Positions 7,592-16,651 of a stretch of DNA of 32,000 nt are shown here, piece by piece. Under the pieces are notes generated by a model, which was given only the letters and a program-made list of their open reading frames with translations, did not search any database and was not told the DNA's origin. Origin of the DNA: Promethearchaeum syntrophicum (GTDB lineage Archaea > Asgardarchaeota > Lokiarchaeia > Sigyniarchaeales > Promethearchaeaceae); contig NZ_CP042905.2 of the NCBI RefSeq assembly GCF_008000775.2, positions 4,170,001 through 4,202,000 of the forward strand, written 5' to 3'. The translations under genes were made by a program, and so were the position numbers. Every line of letters starts with the position of its first letter. Positions within the stretch are counted from its first letter, which is position 1.

Positions 7592-10500
7592 CAATCGCTG
7601 CAAATAAAATTAATAGTGGAATTAAATCAGAAGATATGTGGGTTCTTTTAAGCGCATATTTCAAAGAAATAGGGTTAGTTCGTCAGCATTTGGACTCATT
7701 TGACGTGTTTCTAGAAGACACACTTCAACAGATCTGCGATGAAACTAAAAAAATCATCCCTGATATCCCCGATTTTTATATTATTTTTGGAAAAATCACA
7801 GTAGAAAGCCCAGCAGTACGTGAAGCAGATGGGGCTACTAAAACTATCACACCTCTTGAAGCTCGTATACGAGAACTTACTTATGCTAGTAAAATATTTC
7901 TGGAAATGACTCCTGTAACGGTTGATGAACGTACTCAACGAGCTAATTATAACGAAACCATCAAAACATACATTGGAAAACTCCCAATTATGTTGAAATC
8001 ATCCAAATGCTCATTACAAACGCTTTCACCTGAAGAACTGATTAATATCGGTGAAGATCCTCTTGATCCTGGTGGTTATTTCATAATCAATGGAACCGAA
8101 CGTGCTTTAGTTACGCAAGAAGATTTAGCTCCCAATAGGATCTTAATTGAAGAAGCAAGCCGAAGTTCATCAGCAACTCATATAGCAAAAGTATTTTCCA
8201 CAACCCATGGATTTAGAGCACCAGTTACTATTGAAAGACGAAAAGATGGAAACATTCGTGTTGCATTACCTTCAGTTCCTGGAAAAATCCCAATTGCGAT
8301 CTTAATGCGCGCATTGGGTTTAGCTTCAGATAAACGTATTTTTGAAGCAATTAGTGATAATCCAGAAATTCAGAAAGAATTAATTCCAATTATAGATGTC
8401 GCTTCTGCGATAGATATTTCATCCGATCAACAAAAATCCATGATGAATGCATTGGATTATGTTGGAAAACGTGTTGCGGTTGGACAAACAAGAGAATATC
8501 GTATCAAAAGAGCACAACAAGTGTTAGATCGATATTTATTACCTCATATTGGATATGAAAAAGAAGACCGAATTAAAAAAGCATATTTCCTCGGTCAAAT
8601 GACACAAAAAGTATTAGAATTAGCACTTGAAATTCGAAGACCTGATGATAAAGACCATTACTCGAATAAACGATTAAAACTCGCCGGAGATTTGTTCACT
8701 TCTCTTTTCCGAGTATCTTTCCTCAATTTAACCCGAGATATTAAGTACCAATTAGAAAGAACTGCTGTAAGGGGTCGAAAACCTAATATTAAAACCGCCG
8801 TTCGAGCAGATGTTATTACTGAACGAATCAGACATGCATTAGCCACAGGAAATTGGGTTGGTGGAAAAGCAGGCGTATCACAATTATTAGATCGAACCAA
8901 TTTCATCTCAACTTTAAGCCATTTACGGCGAATTATTTCTCCACTTAGCAGAAGTCAACCTCATTTTGAAGCTCGAGATTTACATCCTACTCAATGGGGA
9001 AAAATATGCCCTGCAGAGACTCCAGAAGGGCCTAATTGTGGTTTAGTAAAAAATCTTGCTCTAACTGCTTTGATATCAGTTGGAACCAACGAAAAACGAA
9101 TTGAAACTGCATTATATGATTTAGGCGTAATTCCATTAGAAGAAGTAGAAGAAGTTAGCGGTAAAGCCAAAATATTTCTGAATGGAAAATTACTCGGAGT
9201 TCATCCGAATTACATTCCCCTATTAGAAACAATCAGAATGAAAAGACGCAGAGGAGATCTCAATGCAAACGTAAATTTAGCCTTTTATCACGATTCAAAC
9301 GAAATTCAAATTAACTGTGATGCAGGACGCGCCAGAAGACCTCTATTAGTAGTCCAAAATGGTAAAATCTTATTAACTATTGAAGACGTTGATAAAATCC
9401 GAAAGGGATTAAGTACCTGGAACGACCTTATTGCGCGCGGTATCATTGAATATTTCGATGCAGAAGAAGAAGAAAATGCACTTATTGCAATAAACGAAAG
9501 AGATATCACACTAGAACATACTCATCTTGAAATTGCACCTGCTGCAATTTTAGGAATTACAGCATCTCTTATTCCTTTCCCAGATCACAATCAAAGTCCT
9601 CGAAATACTTATGAAGCAGGAATGGCCAAGCAAGCCCTTGGGATTTTTGCTGCAAACTTTCATTTACGACTTGATACTCGCGGTCATCTATTACATTATC
9701 CGCAAAAACCACTGGTAAGCACTCGAGCTATGGAGATTGTTGGTTTTGATACTCGCCCAGCAGGACAAAATTTCGTTTTAGGAATTATGTCTTTTCAAGG
9801 ATTTAACATTGAAGATGCCCTCATTATGAATAAAGCTTCAGTAGAGCGTGGACTTTCACGAAGCACCTTCTTCCGAACTTATGAAGGTGAAGAAAGGAAA
9901 TATCCGGGCGGACAACTCGATAAATTCGAAATTCCCGAAAAAGAAGTACGAGGATATCGTGCCTCAGAAGCTTATCGTCATTTAGCTTACGACGGAGTTA
10001 TCGAACCAGAAACCGAATGCTTAGGAGGGGATGTATTAATTGGAAGAACCAGCCCACCTAGATTCACACACCCTTACGATGATTTCGATGATATGAGTCA
10101 ACCTCAGCGAAGAGAAACATCTATCAATATGCGACATAGTGAAAAAGGAATAGTAGATACTGTAATACTTACTGAAACTTTAGATGGAAATAAATTAATT
10201 AAAATAAAAGTTCGCGATTTACGAATTCCAGAATTAGGTGATAAATTTGCATCACGCCACGGACAAAAAGGAGTACTTGGATTAATCTGTCCTCAAGAAG
10301 ATATGCCATTTTCAGCAGAAGGTATTGTTCCAGATTTAGTTATCAACCCTCATGCTATTCCTTCCCGTATGACTTTAGGGCAGATGTTTGAAGGTTGTGC
10401 AGGAAAAATTGCAGCTGCAGTTGGTCATGTAGCTAACGGAACACCTTTTGAAATGGAAGATATGGATGAATTGCAACTACAATTAGTCGAAAATGGATTT

Positions 10501-10974
10501 GATTATGGCGGTCGGGAAACTCTTTATAACGGAGTCACCGGCAAAAAATATGACGTTGCAATCTATTTTGCTTGTGTCTATTATCAAAAATTACACCATC
10601 TTGTTGCAGATAAGATTCATGCTCGTGCACGCGGTCCAGTTCAGATTTTAACACGTCAACCAACCGAAGGTCGAGCCCGTGAAGGAGGATTAAGGTTCGG
10701 AGAAATGGAACGGGATTGTCTAGTCGGCCATGGTTCGGCAGTTTTACTCAAAGAAAGATTATTAGATGAATCAGATCGAACCCAAATATTAATCTGTGAG
10801 AAATGTGGACTTTTGGGTATATATGATAGAAATAGAGATAGAACTTACTGCCCAATTTGTGGAGAAAAATCATTAATCTCTTCCGTTACATGTTCTTATG
10901 CTTTTAAATTACTATTACAAGAAATGATGTCATTAGGATTAGCACCGAGATTGATTTTGAAAGATCGGGCTTAA
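7588..10974 (+). CDS. rpoB: DNA-directed RNA polymerase subunit B (Rpo2), unsplit at 1128 aa.
   Basis: Full-length collinear RNAP second-largest subunit. Motifs include GYFIINGTERA, HYSNKRL, HPTQWGKICPAETPEGPNCGLVKNLA, NQSPRNTYEAGMAKQA, GDKFASRHGQKG, HAIPSRMT, GEMERDC and a C-terminal Zn ribbon (CEKCG...CPICG). A GGAGG lies 8 nt upstream of the ATG. Confidence 0.97.
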   Translation: MTIAANKINSGIKSEDMWVLLSAYFKEIGLVRQHLDSFDVFLEDTLQQICDETKKIIPDIPDFYIIFGKITVESPAVREADGATKTITPLEARIRELTYASKIFLEMTPVTVDERTQRANYNETIKTYIGKLPIMLKSSKCSLQTLSPEELINIGEDPLDPGGYFIINGTERALVTQEDLAPNRILIEEASRSSSATHIAKVFSTTHGFRAPVTIERRKDGNIRVALPSVPGKIPIAILMRALGLASDKRIFEAISDNPEIQKELIPIIDVASAIDISSDQQKSMMNALDYVGKRVAVGQTREYRIKRAQQVLDRYLLPHIGYEKEDRIKKAYFLGQMTQKVLELALEIRRPDDKDHYSNKRLKLAGDLFTSLFRVSFLNLTRDIKYQLERTAVRGRKPNIKTAVRADVITERIRHALATGNWVGGKAGVSQLLDRTNFISTLSHLRRIISPLSRSQPHFEARDLHPTQWGKICPAETPEGPNCGLVKNLALTALISVGTNEKRIETALYDLGVIPLEEVEEVSGKAKIFLNGKLLGVHPNYIPLLETIRMKRRRGDLNANVNLAFYHDSNEIQINCDAGRARRPLLVVQNGKILLTIEDVDKIRKGLSTWNDLIARGIIEYFDAEEEENALIAINERDITLEHTHLEIAPAAILGITASLIPFPDHNQSPRNTYEAGMAKQALGIFAANFHLRLDTRGHLLHYPQKPLVSTRAMEIVGFDTRPAGQNFVLGIMSFQGFNIEDALIMNKASVERGLSRSTFFRTYEGEERKYPGGQLDKFEIPEKEVRGYRASEAYRHLAYDGVIEPETECLGGDVLIGRTSPPRFTHPYDDFDDMSQPQRRETSINMRHSEKGIVDTVILTETLDGNKLIKIKVRDLRIPELGDKFASRHGQKGVLGLICPQEDMPFSAEGIVPDLVINPHAIPSRMTLGQMFEGCAGKIAAAVGHVANGTPFEMEDMDELQLQLVENGFDYGGRETLYNGVTGKKYDVAIYFACVYYQKLHHLVADKIHARARGPVQILTRQPTEGRAREGGLRFGEMERDCLVGHGSAVLLKERLLDESDRTQILICEKCGLLGIYDRNRDRTYCPICGEKSLISSVTCSYAFKLLLQEMMSLGLAPRLILKDRA

Positions 10975-10990
10975 TTCCTTTTTTCTACTT
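10975..10990 (+). terminator. Candidate oligo-T archaeal terminator after rpoB.
   Basis: A T6 run (ccttttttct) follows the rpoB stop directly, and further T-rich tracts sit downstream (tttgtttttt). Confidence 0.3.
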
Positions 10991-11302
10991 ATTCTATTAC
11001 TATTTGTTAGCTCAATTTACTTTGTTTTTTAAGAATGACGTATTAACCAAAACGTCGTGAATAATATATGAATGATGTAAAAAAAAAACATAAATTACCA
11101 AAATATGTGTTTTGTAAGACTAATTGCTTGATTAAGATCAGGTATATTAACAGAATTATTATCCTTCATAAATGAAATATAAATTTACTTGTTTTTAAAT
11201 GGGAGAGGGAATCTGTCAGACAGAATCAATATTAATGTAATATTTATATATAACCTAAAAAATTTAATTCTACAATTTCATGATAAGGATTGTTGATTTT
11301 TT

Positions 11303-11791
11303 ATGGATGAAGAAAAAAAGAAAAAGAATATTGTGAAAGAAATTTCAAAAGGGGTTAACGTAGCGAAAAAAGTTAAAAAAGGAGTTATAATGGGGTTAAA
11401 GGCAATAGATACGGTTGCACCGGGAACACTTGAAGCAGTGGGGAACACTTTAGAAAGCGTCCAGGATAATTTTGAAAAGCATATTGGGAATCAGATAGAA
11501 CAACATATAGATACCTTTCAAAGTAAGTTAGATGAAAAATACGGAGATACTATCGAAGAGAAAATTGATGATGTTGATGGGGCAATTCGATCAAAGATGG
11601 GGAATTTTGAGGATAAATTTTCAGATACGCTGGAAAATTTAGACAAAAACGTTATTACTCCTTTAAAAAACAAAGCGGTCCCTGTAATAAAAAGAGTAAA
11701 GGAAAAATCTGCAGAAATTATGAAATCAACAAAAGAAACGATTGAGAAGAGAAAAGAGATCGCGAAAGAAAAGAAAGCAGAAGAAGTTTAA
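11303..11791 (+). CDS. Hypothetical K/E-rich, predicted all-helical protein (162 aa).
   Basis: The ORF is highly charged with low-complexity ends (MDEEKKKKN..., ...KRKEIAKEKKAEEV). A roughly 15-residue periodicity is visible in the centre. I recognise no family. Confidence 0.55.
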   Translation: MDEEKKKKNIVKEISKGVNVAKKVKKGVIMGLKAIDTVAPGTLEAVGNTLESVQDNFEKHIGNQIEQHIDTFQSKLDEKYGDTIEEKIDDVDGAIRSKMGNFEDKFSDTLENLDKNVITPLKNKAVPVIKRVKEKSAEIMKSTKETIEKRKEIAKEKKAEEV

Positions 11792-11814
11792 TAGAAAGAT
11801 TTTTTATTAATATT

Positions 11815-12027
11815 ATGGTTGAAAATAAAGAGCCACAGACAGCTAGAAATGTTTATGGCATTTTAGCAACGATCTGTTTATTAGCATTTTTATTTCAATG
11901 TATCTATATGTTTCTCCAATGGGGAGATATTGAAGAAGGAGGCTCTCAAGAGTTAGAGTATTTAACGATGTTTATAGGAATTGCAGGGATGTTTTTTCTA
12001 GTTCTAAACCGTACAAGTCATAATTAA
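11815..12027 (+). CDS. Small hypothetical membrane protein (70 aa, 2 TM).
   Basis: Two hydrophobic helices (ILATICLLAFLFQCIYMFL and MFIGIAGMFFLVL). It starts 23 nt after the preceding gene. Confidence 0.45.
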   Translation: MVENKEPQTARNVYGILATICLLAFLFQCIYMFLQWGDIEEGGSQELEYLTMFIGIAGMFFLVLNRTSHN

Positions 12028-12554
12028 AATATAATTTGCTTTTCTGTTTTAATATCAGCAGCCCAACCATCAAGTAAGAAATTATGATGTTTAATGATTT
12101 CTGCAGCCTTCAATACTGGTGAATCAAAAGTAGTATGCCCATCTTTTACCAGAATAACATTATATTCTAAATCTGATGCCTGACGACATGTTGTATCAAC
12201 ACACATCTCAGTTTGAATCCCACAGAGAATTATATTATGGACACCTAAATTATCCAAGGTCTGCTTTAATTCAGTTTTATAGAACGCATTTGGTCGGGTT
12301 TTTGAAATTACAATATCTTCTGCTAAAGGAGCAATTCGCTGATGGACTTTGAAACCTTCAGTTGTAGGATCCAAAGAATCTCCTGCATCTCCTTTATGTT
12401 GAATATATATTATAGGGATATCATCATAACGCGCTTTTTTAATTAGACACTCCAATGTATCCAAAAGTTCGTTCCCATTATACAGAGGATAATTAGGATC
12501 GGTAAACATGCCAATTTGAACGTCTATAATCATGAGAGCAGTATTTTTTTCCAT
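12024..12554 (-). CDS. Isochorismatase-family cysteine hydrolase (nicotinamidase-like).
   Basis: N-terminal ALMIIDVQ (catalytic Asp), a K residue in ISKTRPNAF, and the nucleophile Cys in ILCGIQTEMCVDTT. A length of 176 aa is typical of the family. Confidence 0.85.
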   Translation of the reverse strand: MEKNTALMIIDVQIGMFTDPNYPLYNGNELLDTLECLIKKARYDDIPIIYIQHKGDAGDSLDPTTEGFKVHQRIAPLAEDIVISKTRPNAFYKTELKQTLDNLGVHNIILCGIQTEMCVDTTCRQASDLEYNVILVKDGHTTFDSPVLKAAEIIKHHNFLLDGWAADIKTEKQIIF

Positions 12555-12658
12555 AGAACACTTTGAGATACACCTTATTTAAAGATCTGGATTAACTCTA
12601 ATAATAAATTTCGAAAATTAATATTACGGTTTTTTTATGATTTTTCATTGTATTGATC

Positions 12659-13468
12659 ATGAATGAAAGAAAAGATTTCATTAATAATGAGAAAATTATC
12701 TCCGATGCTTTGGATTTATCTATCATATTGGTTAATGTAGAATCATCAGGAAATGTTGGATCCGTAGCACGGGTAATGAAAAATTTCGGATTTCACAAAT
12801 TAATCTTATTTAATCCCAAAGAAGAGCCAAAAAGTAAATATGCTTATGGATTTGCAATGCATGCCCAAGAAATTCTAGAAAATGCCCAAGTTATTTATAC
12901 TGATAATCAAGAAGGACCCGAAGGTTTAAAATTTCTCCTTCAAAAATTTGATTTGGTAATAGGAACGAGTGCAAAAGGAATAGTTAGAAAAAATCTTAAA
13001 AGAATCCCTATTTTTCTGAACGAATTGGATTTTTCATTATTCACGAAAAAATCTAAGGTAGCTCTGGTTTTTGGTAGGGAATCTACAGGTCTTACAAATA
13101 ATGAAATCCAATTAATGGATTTTTTACTAAGAATTCCTGCAGATTATGATTATCCTACGCTTAATATTTCCCAAGCAGTGGGAATTATCTTATATTCGTT
13201 CTACTTAAAATCTCATCAAATAGGCCGACAGGAAATTTCGCTAGCAACTAAAGGAAAGCGTGATTTGTTGCTTAAACATATCAATGATACAATTAATTAT
13301 ATACCGATGCAGAAATTCAGAACTGAACGAACCCTTCAATCATTTAAAAATTTTTTAGGACGCGCTTTTCTCTCTGAAAAAGAATCATCCTATTTACTGC
13401 ATTTCTTCCAAAAAGTAAACCTTGCAATAGAAAATCCATCATTATTTAAAAAGAACATAAAAAAGTAA
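12659..13468 (+). CDS. trmJ: SPOUT-class RNA 2'-O-methyltransferase of the TrmJ/LasT family.
   Basis: SPOUT motifs SGNVGSVARVMKNFGF, VFGRESTGLTNNE and IPADYDYPTLNISQAVGIILY, plus a C-terminal extension. The ATG at 12659 is preferred over the track's TTG at 12653. Confidence 0.7.
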   Translation: MNERKDFINNEKIISDALDLSIILVNVESSGNVGSVARVMKNFGFHKLILFNPKEEPKSKYAYGFAMHAQEILENAQVIYTDNQEGPEGLKFLLQKFDLVIGTSAKGIVRKNLKRIPIFLNELDFSLFTKKSKVALVFGRESTGLTNNEIQLMDFLLRIPADYDYPTLNISQAVGIILYSFYLKSHQIGRQEISLATKGKRDLLLKHINDTINYIPMQKFRTERTLQSFKNFLGRAFLSEKESSYLLHFFQKVNLAIENPSLFKKNIKK

Positions 13469-13475
13469 AAAAAAA

Positions 13476-13925
13476 TTAGGTATATGTCATCGCACCGATG
13501 AAATCTAACTCTGGAAGTAGTGTATATAATAAATACAACAGAAAGAGCGCGATTAAAGCGATCCAAGTTGCATCTTTCCAATCAACTCCAGCAAGAAATT
13601 TCAAAATTAACAAAAATAAAAGGAATATTATAATGGGAACTAAAGCGGTGACATAATTTTGATTTACATTTTGTCCTGGTATAAGATTTCTTAACCAGAG
13701 CAATCCTTCACCTGGCCAACTAATAACGGTTCCAATTACTCCAGATACTAGTGGGATAAGCACCACCATAATCAATGCAACAATTAACAATGTGAATTTT
13801 TTTCTCGATGCAAAATCTTTTGTCACAATAACCCGAGTTGCTAGCCATAACATCAACCAAAGAAATATTGTAGCAATTAGCACGTATAATATAACCCATG
13901 GATCAAAACTTCCTTGTAAGATCAT
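13476..13925 (-). CDS. Hypothetical integral membrane protein (149 aa, about 4 TM).
   Basis: Four long hydrophobic segments. I recognise no family. Confidence 0.6.
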   Translation of the reverse strand: MILQGSFDPWVILYVLIATIFLWLMLWLATRVIVTKDFASRKKFTLLIVALIMVVLIPLVSGVIGTVISWPGEGLLWLRNLIPGQNVNQNYVTALVPIIIFLLFLLILKFLAGVDWKDATWIALIALFLLYLLYTLLPELDFIGAMTYT

Positions 13926-14241
13926 AATTATATTTTTATTTCTCCGTTTAAATAATTTCAGATTATGGATTTAAAAAGAAAATTTTAAAAAAATACTTTT
14001 TTTCATGAGGCTTAGGTTCTTTAGAAGAATTTTGAGTTTTATCCTTCCTTCAGCATTTTGAATAATTTTTGGTTTCTTAGTCTTGAATATTTGGACAAAG
14101 ATCCGGAAAAAAGTAGAGCTTTTTTTCGTATATCTTAATCAAGATAAAATTATTTCATACCTTTAAAAAAGACACTCTTTTAGATTTTAAATATTTCAAA
14201 GGAGAAGGAATAAAAGAAAGAATTTGAGCAAATTATAAAAC

Positions 14242-14502
14242 TTACCATAACCCACCGGCAATTAAAATCATATGCAATCCTAAACCTAAGCATATTGAAG
14301 CCAAAATGATGATAATTGTGGTAAATTTAATGCTATCTCGCTCCGGTCGTTTATATTCTGTAAAAAATACTAATAAAAAGACAAAGATTATACCTATTAT
14401 TATAAGAATTACTCCCCAAGCTTCAATGGGATCTAGGTTGATGAAAAAATTCTTAATACTGGTGCCGAATTTTTCAAATGCGTTCTGTAATAACATATTC
14501 AT
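14242..14502 (-). CDS. Small hypothetical membrane protein (86 aa, 2 TM).
   Basis: Two hydrophobic helices (WGVILIIIGIIFVFLLVFF and IIIILASICLGLGLHMILIAGGLW). The overlapping + ORF 14306..14575 looks like a shadow. Confidence 0.5.
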   Translation of the reverse strand: MNMLLQNAFEKFGTSIKNFFINLDPIEAWGVILIIIGIIFVFLLVFFTEYKRPERDSIKFTTIIIILASICLGLGLHMILIAGGLW

Positions 14503-14563
14503 CTATAAAAAATGCTTGAAATTTAAAAAGTTTATAGAACAAAAAATGAAAATGAAAAAAAAA

Positions 14564-14902
14564 TTATTTGGATAAGGTATCTAAAGCATCATAAACATTT
14601 TTCATATACATTAGGGAAGGTCCACCACCTAAAACAACCGCCACCTGGGCAGCTTCGATAATTTCTGCTTTCGTTGCTCCGAGATCTAATGCATTTTTAA
14701 CATGCCAAGGAATACACCTTTCACATTGGGCTTTTACTGAAACAGCCAGCCCAATTATTTCTTTCATTTTTGATGATAGGGCACCATCTTTTTTCGTAGC
14801 TTTCAAAAAACTTTGAAATGAATTCATCCATGATGGATCTTCTTTTCCAACCCGTTGCATTAAATTTTGAATATCTCCTAATTTTTCCATAGTATCTTGC
14901 AT
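14564..14902 (-). CDS. Carboxymuconolactone decarboxylase / AhpD-like family protein.
   Basis: A CxxC-containing core (KAQCERCIPWHVKNALDLGATKAEIIEA) typical of the AhpD/CMD fold. Length is 112 aa. Confidence 0.75.
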   Translation of the reverse strand: MQDTMEKLGDIQNLMQRVGKEDPSWMNSFQSFLKATKKDGALSSKMKEIIGLAVSVKAQCERCIPWHVKNALDLGATKAEIIEAAQVAVVLGGGPSLMYMKNVYDALDTLSK

Positions 14903-15024
14903 AGATTCATAAAAAGAAGGTGTTCTAAAAATTGCTGTTATTATATATAATAACGTTTTAAATGGTAAAGCAAGAAAAAAATAAGAATTCCATGGGTTTT
15001 TGATAGTATAAATATTTCAGTTTT

Positions 15025-15837
15025 TTATACTCTGAAATTAATGGAATTCTTATAATCGGTTGAATCTATAGTTGCAACCCTATTGAGTTTCCCTTCTCGT
15101 AGTGTATTGAGTCGATATTTACGGGAAGATAATCCTTCCTTTTTTTCTGGGAAAATTAAAGATGTAATTTCATAGGTATTTTGAATTGTAATAGATTTCC
15201 ATTTATTTGGAATTTCATCCACAAAATCTTTTGCAAAAGTATCAATTATAGTTTTCACAACTTCAGGGGTTTTCCGCATTTTCAAGATGCAAAATTTCAA
15301 TTTAGAGCCTAAAGAAGAATCATCAGGATTTTTCGAATCAGGTCGTGGAGGTTTTTTTTTAATTTTTAAAGTCATCTTTTGATCTGCTGAAGTAAAGCTT
15401 AGAAGGGAATAAACATAAGGAGTCCCCCTAACAGAAAGAGTTTGAAGTAATTCTTTATCAACAGAAATGGGTGTTTTTATTGTAGCGGTATAATTAACAG
15501 TTTTTCCTTTAGATTTTGTCGGATAAAATTCCTTTCCTAATCCAATTTTCTGAATAAGAGGAGTAAAATCCATTGCACCTAATATTGCACCTGTAACATT
15601 TAATTTTTCATCTGGAATTGAATCCACTGCAATTCTAAAAACAGCATCTTCATATTCATGGGAACACCAGATTGTAATTTTTTCTGAAGTTTGAGAAAAT
15701 TTCACTACTGGTCCCCCAAATTGACCCTTGGAATATCGCGTAAAATGTTTATGTACATCAGGCGCTCCTTTAACAGGATCATCTATCATTGGATTATCCA
15801 ATATTTTTCCTAAATAATGTTCCATTTTTACATTCAC
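15025..15837 (-). CDS. Hypothetical protein (270 aa) with two apparent domains joined by a basic, Pro-rich linker.
   Basis: A long ORF with a plausible mixed alpha/beta composition and a KIKKKPPRPDSKNPDDSS linker near residues 160-177. I recognise no motifs. It is transcribed divergently from tfe. Confidence 0.6.
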   Translation of the reverse strand: MNVKMEHYLGKILDNPMIDDPVKGAPDVHKHFTRYSKGQFGGPVVKFSQTSEKITIWCSHEYEDAVFRIAVDSIPDEKLNVTGAILGAMDFTPLIQKIGLGKEFYPTKSKGKTVNYTATIKTPISVDKELLQTLSVRGTPYVYSLLSFTSADQKMTLKIKKKPPRPDSKNPDDSSLGSKLKFCILKMRKTPEVVKTIIDTFAKDFVDEIPNKWKSITIQNTYEITSLIFPEKKEGLSSRKYRLNTLREGKLNRVATIDSTDYKNSINFRV

Positions 15838-16039
15838 ATATTTTGAAGTATGTTTCGTTAAATGTTTTTTCGCCTAAAGTTTTTATCCAAAAAAATTTTT
15901 AAATAGGGTTATTTGTGCGTAATTATATATTTGCGGAAAATTTTTTACCTATCTAATATTTATTTTCTTACTATTTTTCGAACGAGGCGGCTTTAATATT
16001 TCTCAAAATGAAATCGATTCTACTCTAAAAAAAGTTATT

Positions 16040-16510
16040 TTGGATTTTGGTGGCAAGGAAGCTATTGTTATTTCTAAAATTCTTCTAAATACTCCAAATG
16101 AAGATTTAACTGATGAAAGAATTGCTGAATTATCGGGCGTGAAATTAAATATTGTCCGAAAAATTCTATATATTCTAAATGAAAATAAATTAACCGAATT
16201 TCAACGCGTTCGAGATAAAAGATCAGGGTGGTATATCTATTACTGGACAGAAACTTTTGGTAACCTCCCAAATTTATTATCTGAACGTAAAGATGCGGTT
16301 GCAGAGAAATTAGATATTCGAATGAAATTTGAAGCGGAAAATTTCTTTTTTATTTGCAATAATGGGTGCGCTGGTCGATTTATTTTTATTGACGCAATGG
16401 ATTTAAATTTTAATTGCCCAAATTGTGATGGGGGAATTTTAAGTGAGGAAAGAAATAAAAAAAAAGTGAGTTTTCTCAAAGATACCATCATCAAACTAAG
16501 AAACGAATAG
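16040..16510 (+). CDS. tfe: Transcription factor E (TFE-alpha / TFIIE-alpha homolog).
   Basis: Winged-helix region LTDERIAELSGVKLNIVRKILYILNENKLTEFQRVRDKRSGWYIYYW and a Zn-ribbon-like region C..GC...NCPNCDG. The start is a TTG. The frame stays open upstream to 15923 but contains no ATG, GTG or TTG, so the N-terminus is uncertain. A TATA-like aattatatat lies at about 15921-15930. Confidence 0.85.
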   Translation: MDFGGKEAIVISKILLNTPNEDLTDERIAELSGVKLNIVRKILYILNENKLTEFQRVRDKRSGWYIYYWTETFGNLPNLLSERKDAVAEKLDIRMKFEAENFFFICNNGCAGRFIFIDAMDLNFNCPNCDGGILSEERNKKKVSFLKDTIIKLRNE

Positions 16511-16651
16511 TTAGGGCAACAATTAAAATCTATAAATTTTTCTTACTTTAATTTTAAATAGGAAGTTACGAGAACTTGAATACAAGCTCTTTTGCAAAAG
16601 ATTTAATATTTAAAATTTCGTATAACTATTAGAATACGGAGGGATTTAATT

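Noticed and set aside
15923-16039. Possible longer N-terminus for TFE, or a frameshift, because the frame is open upstream and an ATG exists at 16008.
   Set aside because: The ATG at 16008 is out of frame and hits a stop after 6 codons. The open in-frame stretch contains no ATG, GTG or TTG. The TTG at 16040 is therefore kept as the start, with its uncertainty noted. There is no evidence for a pseudogene.
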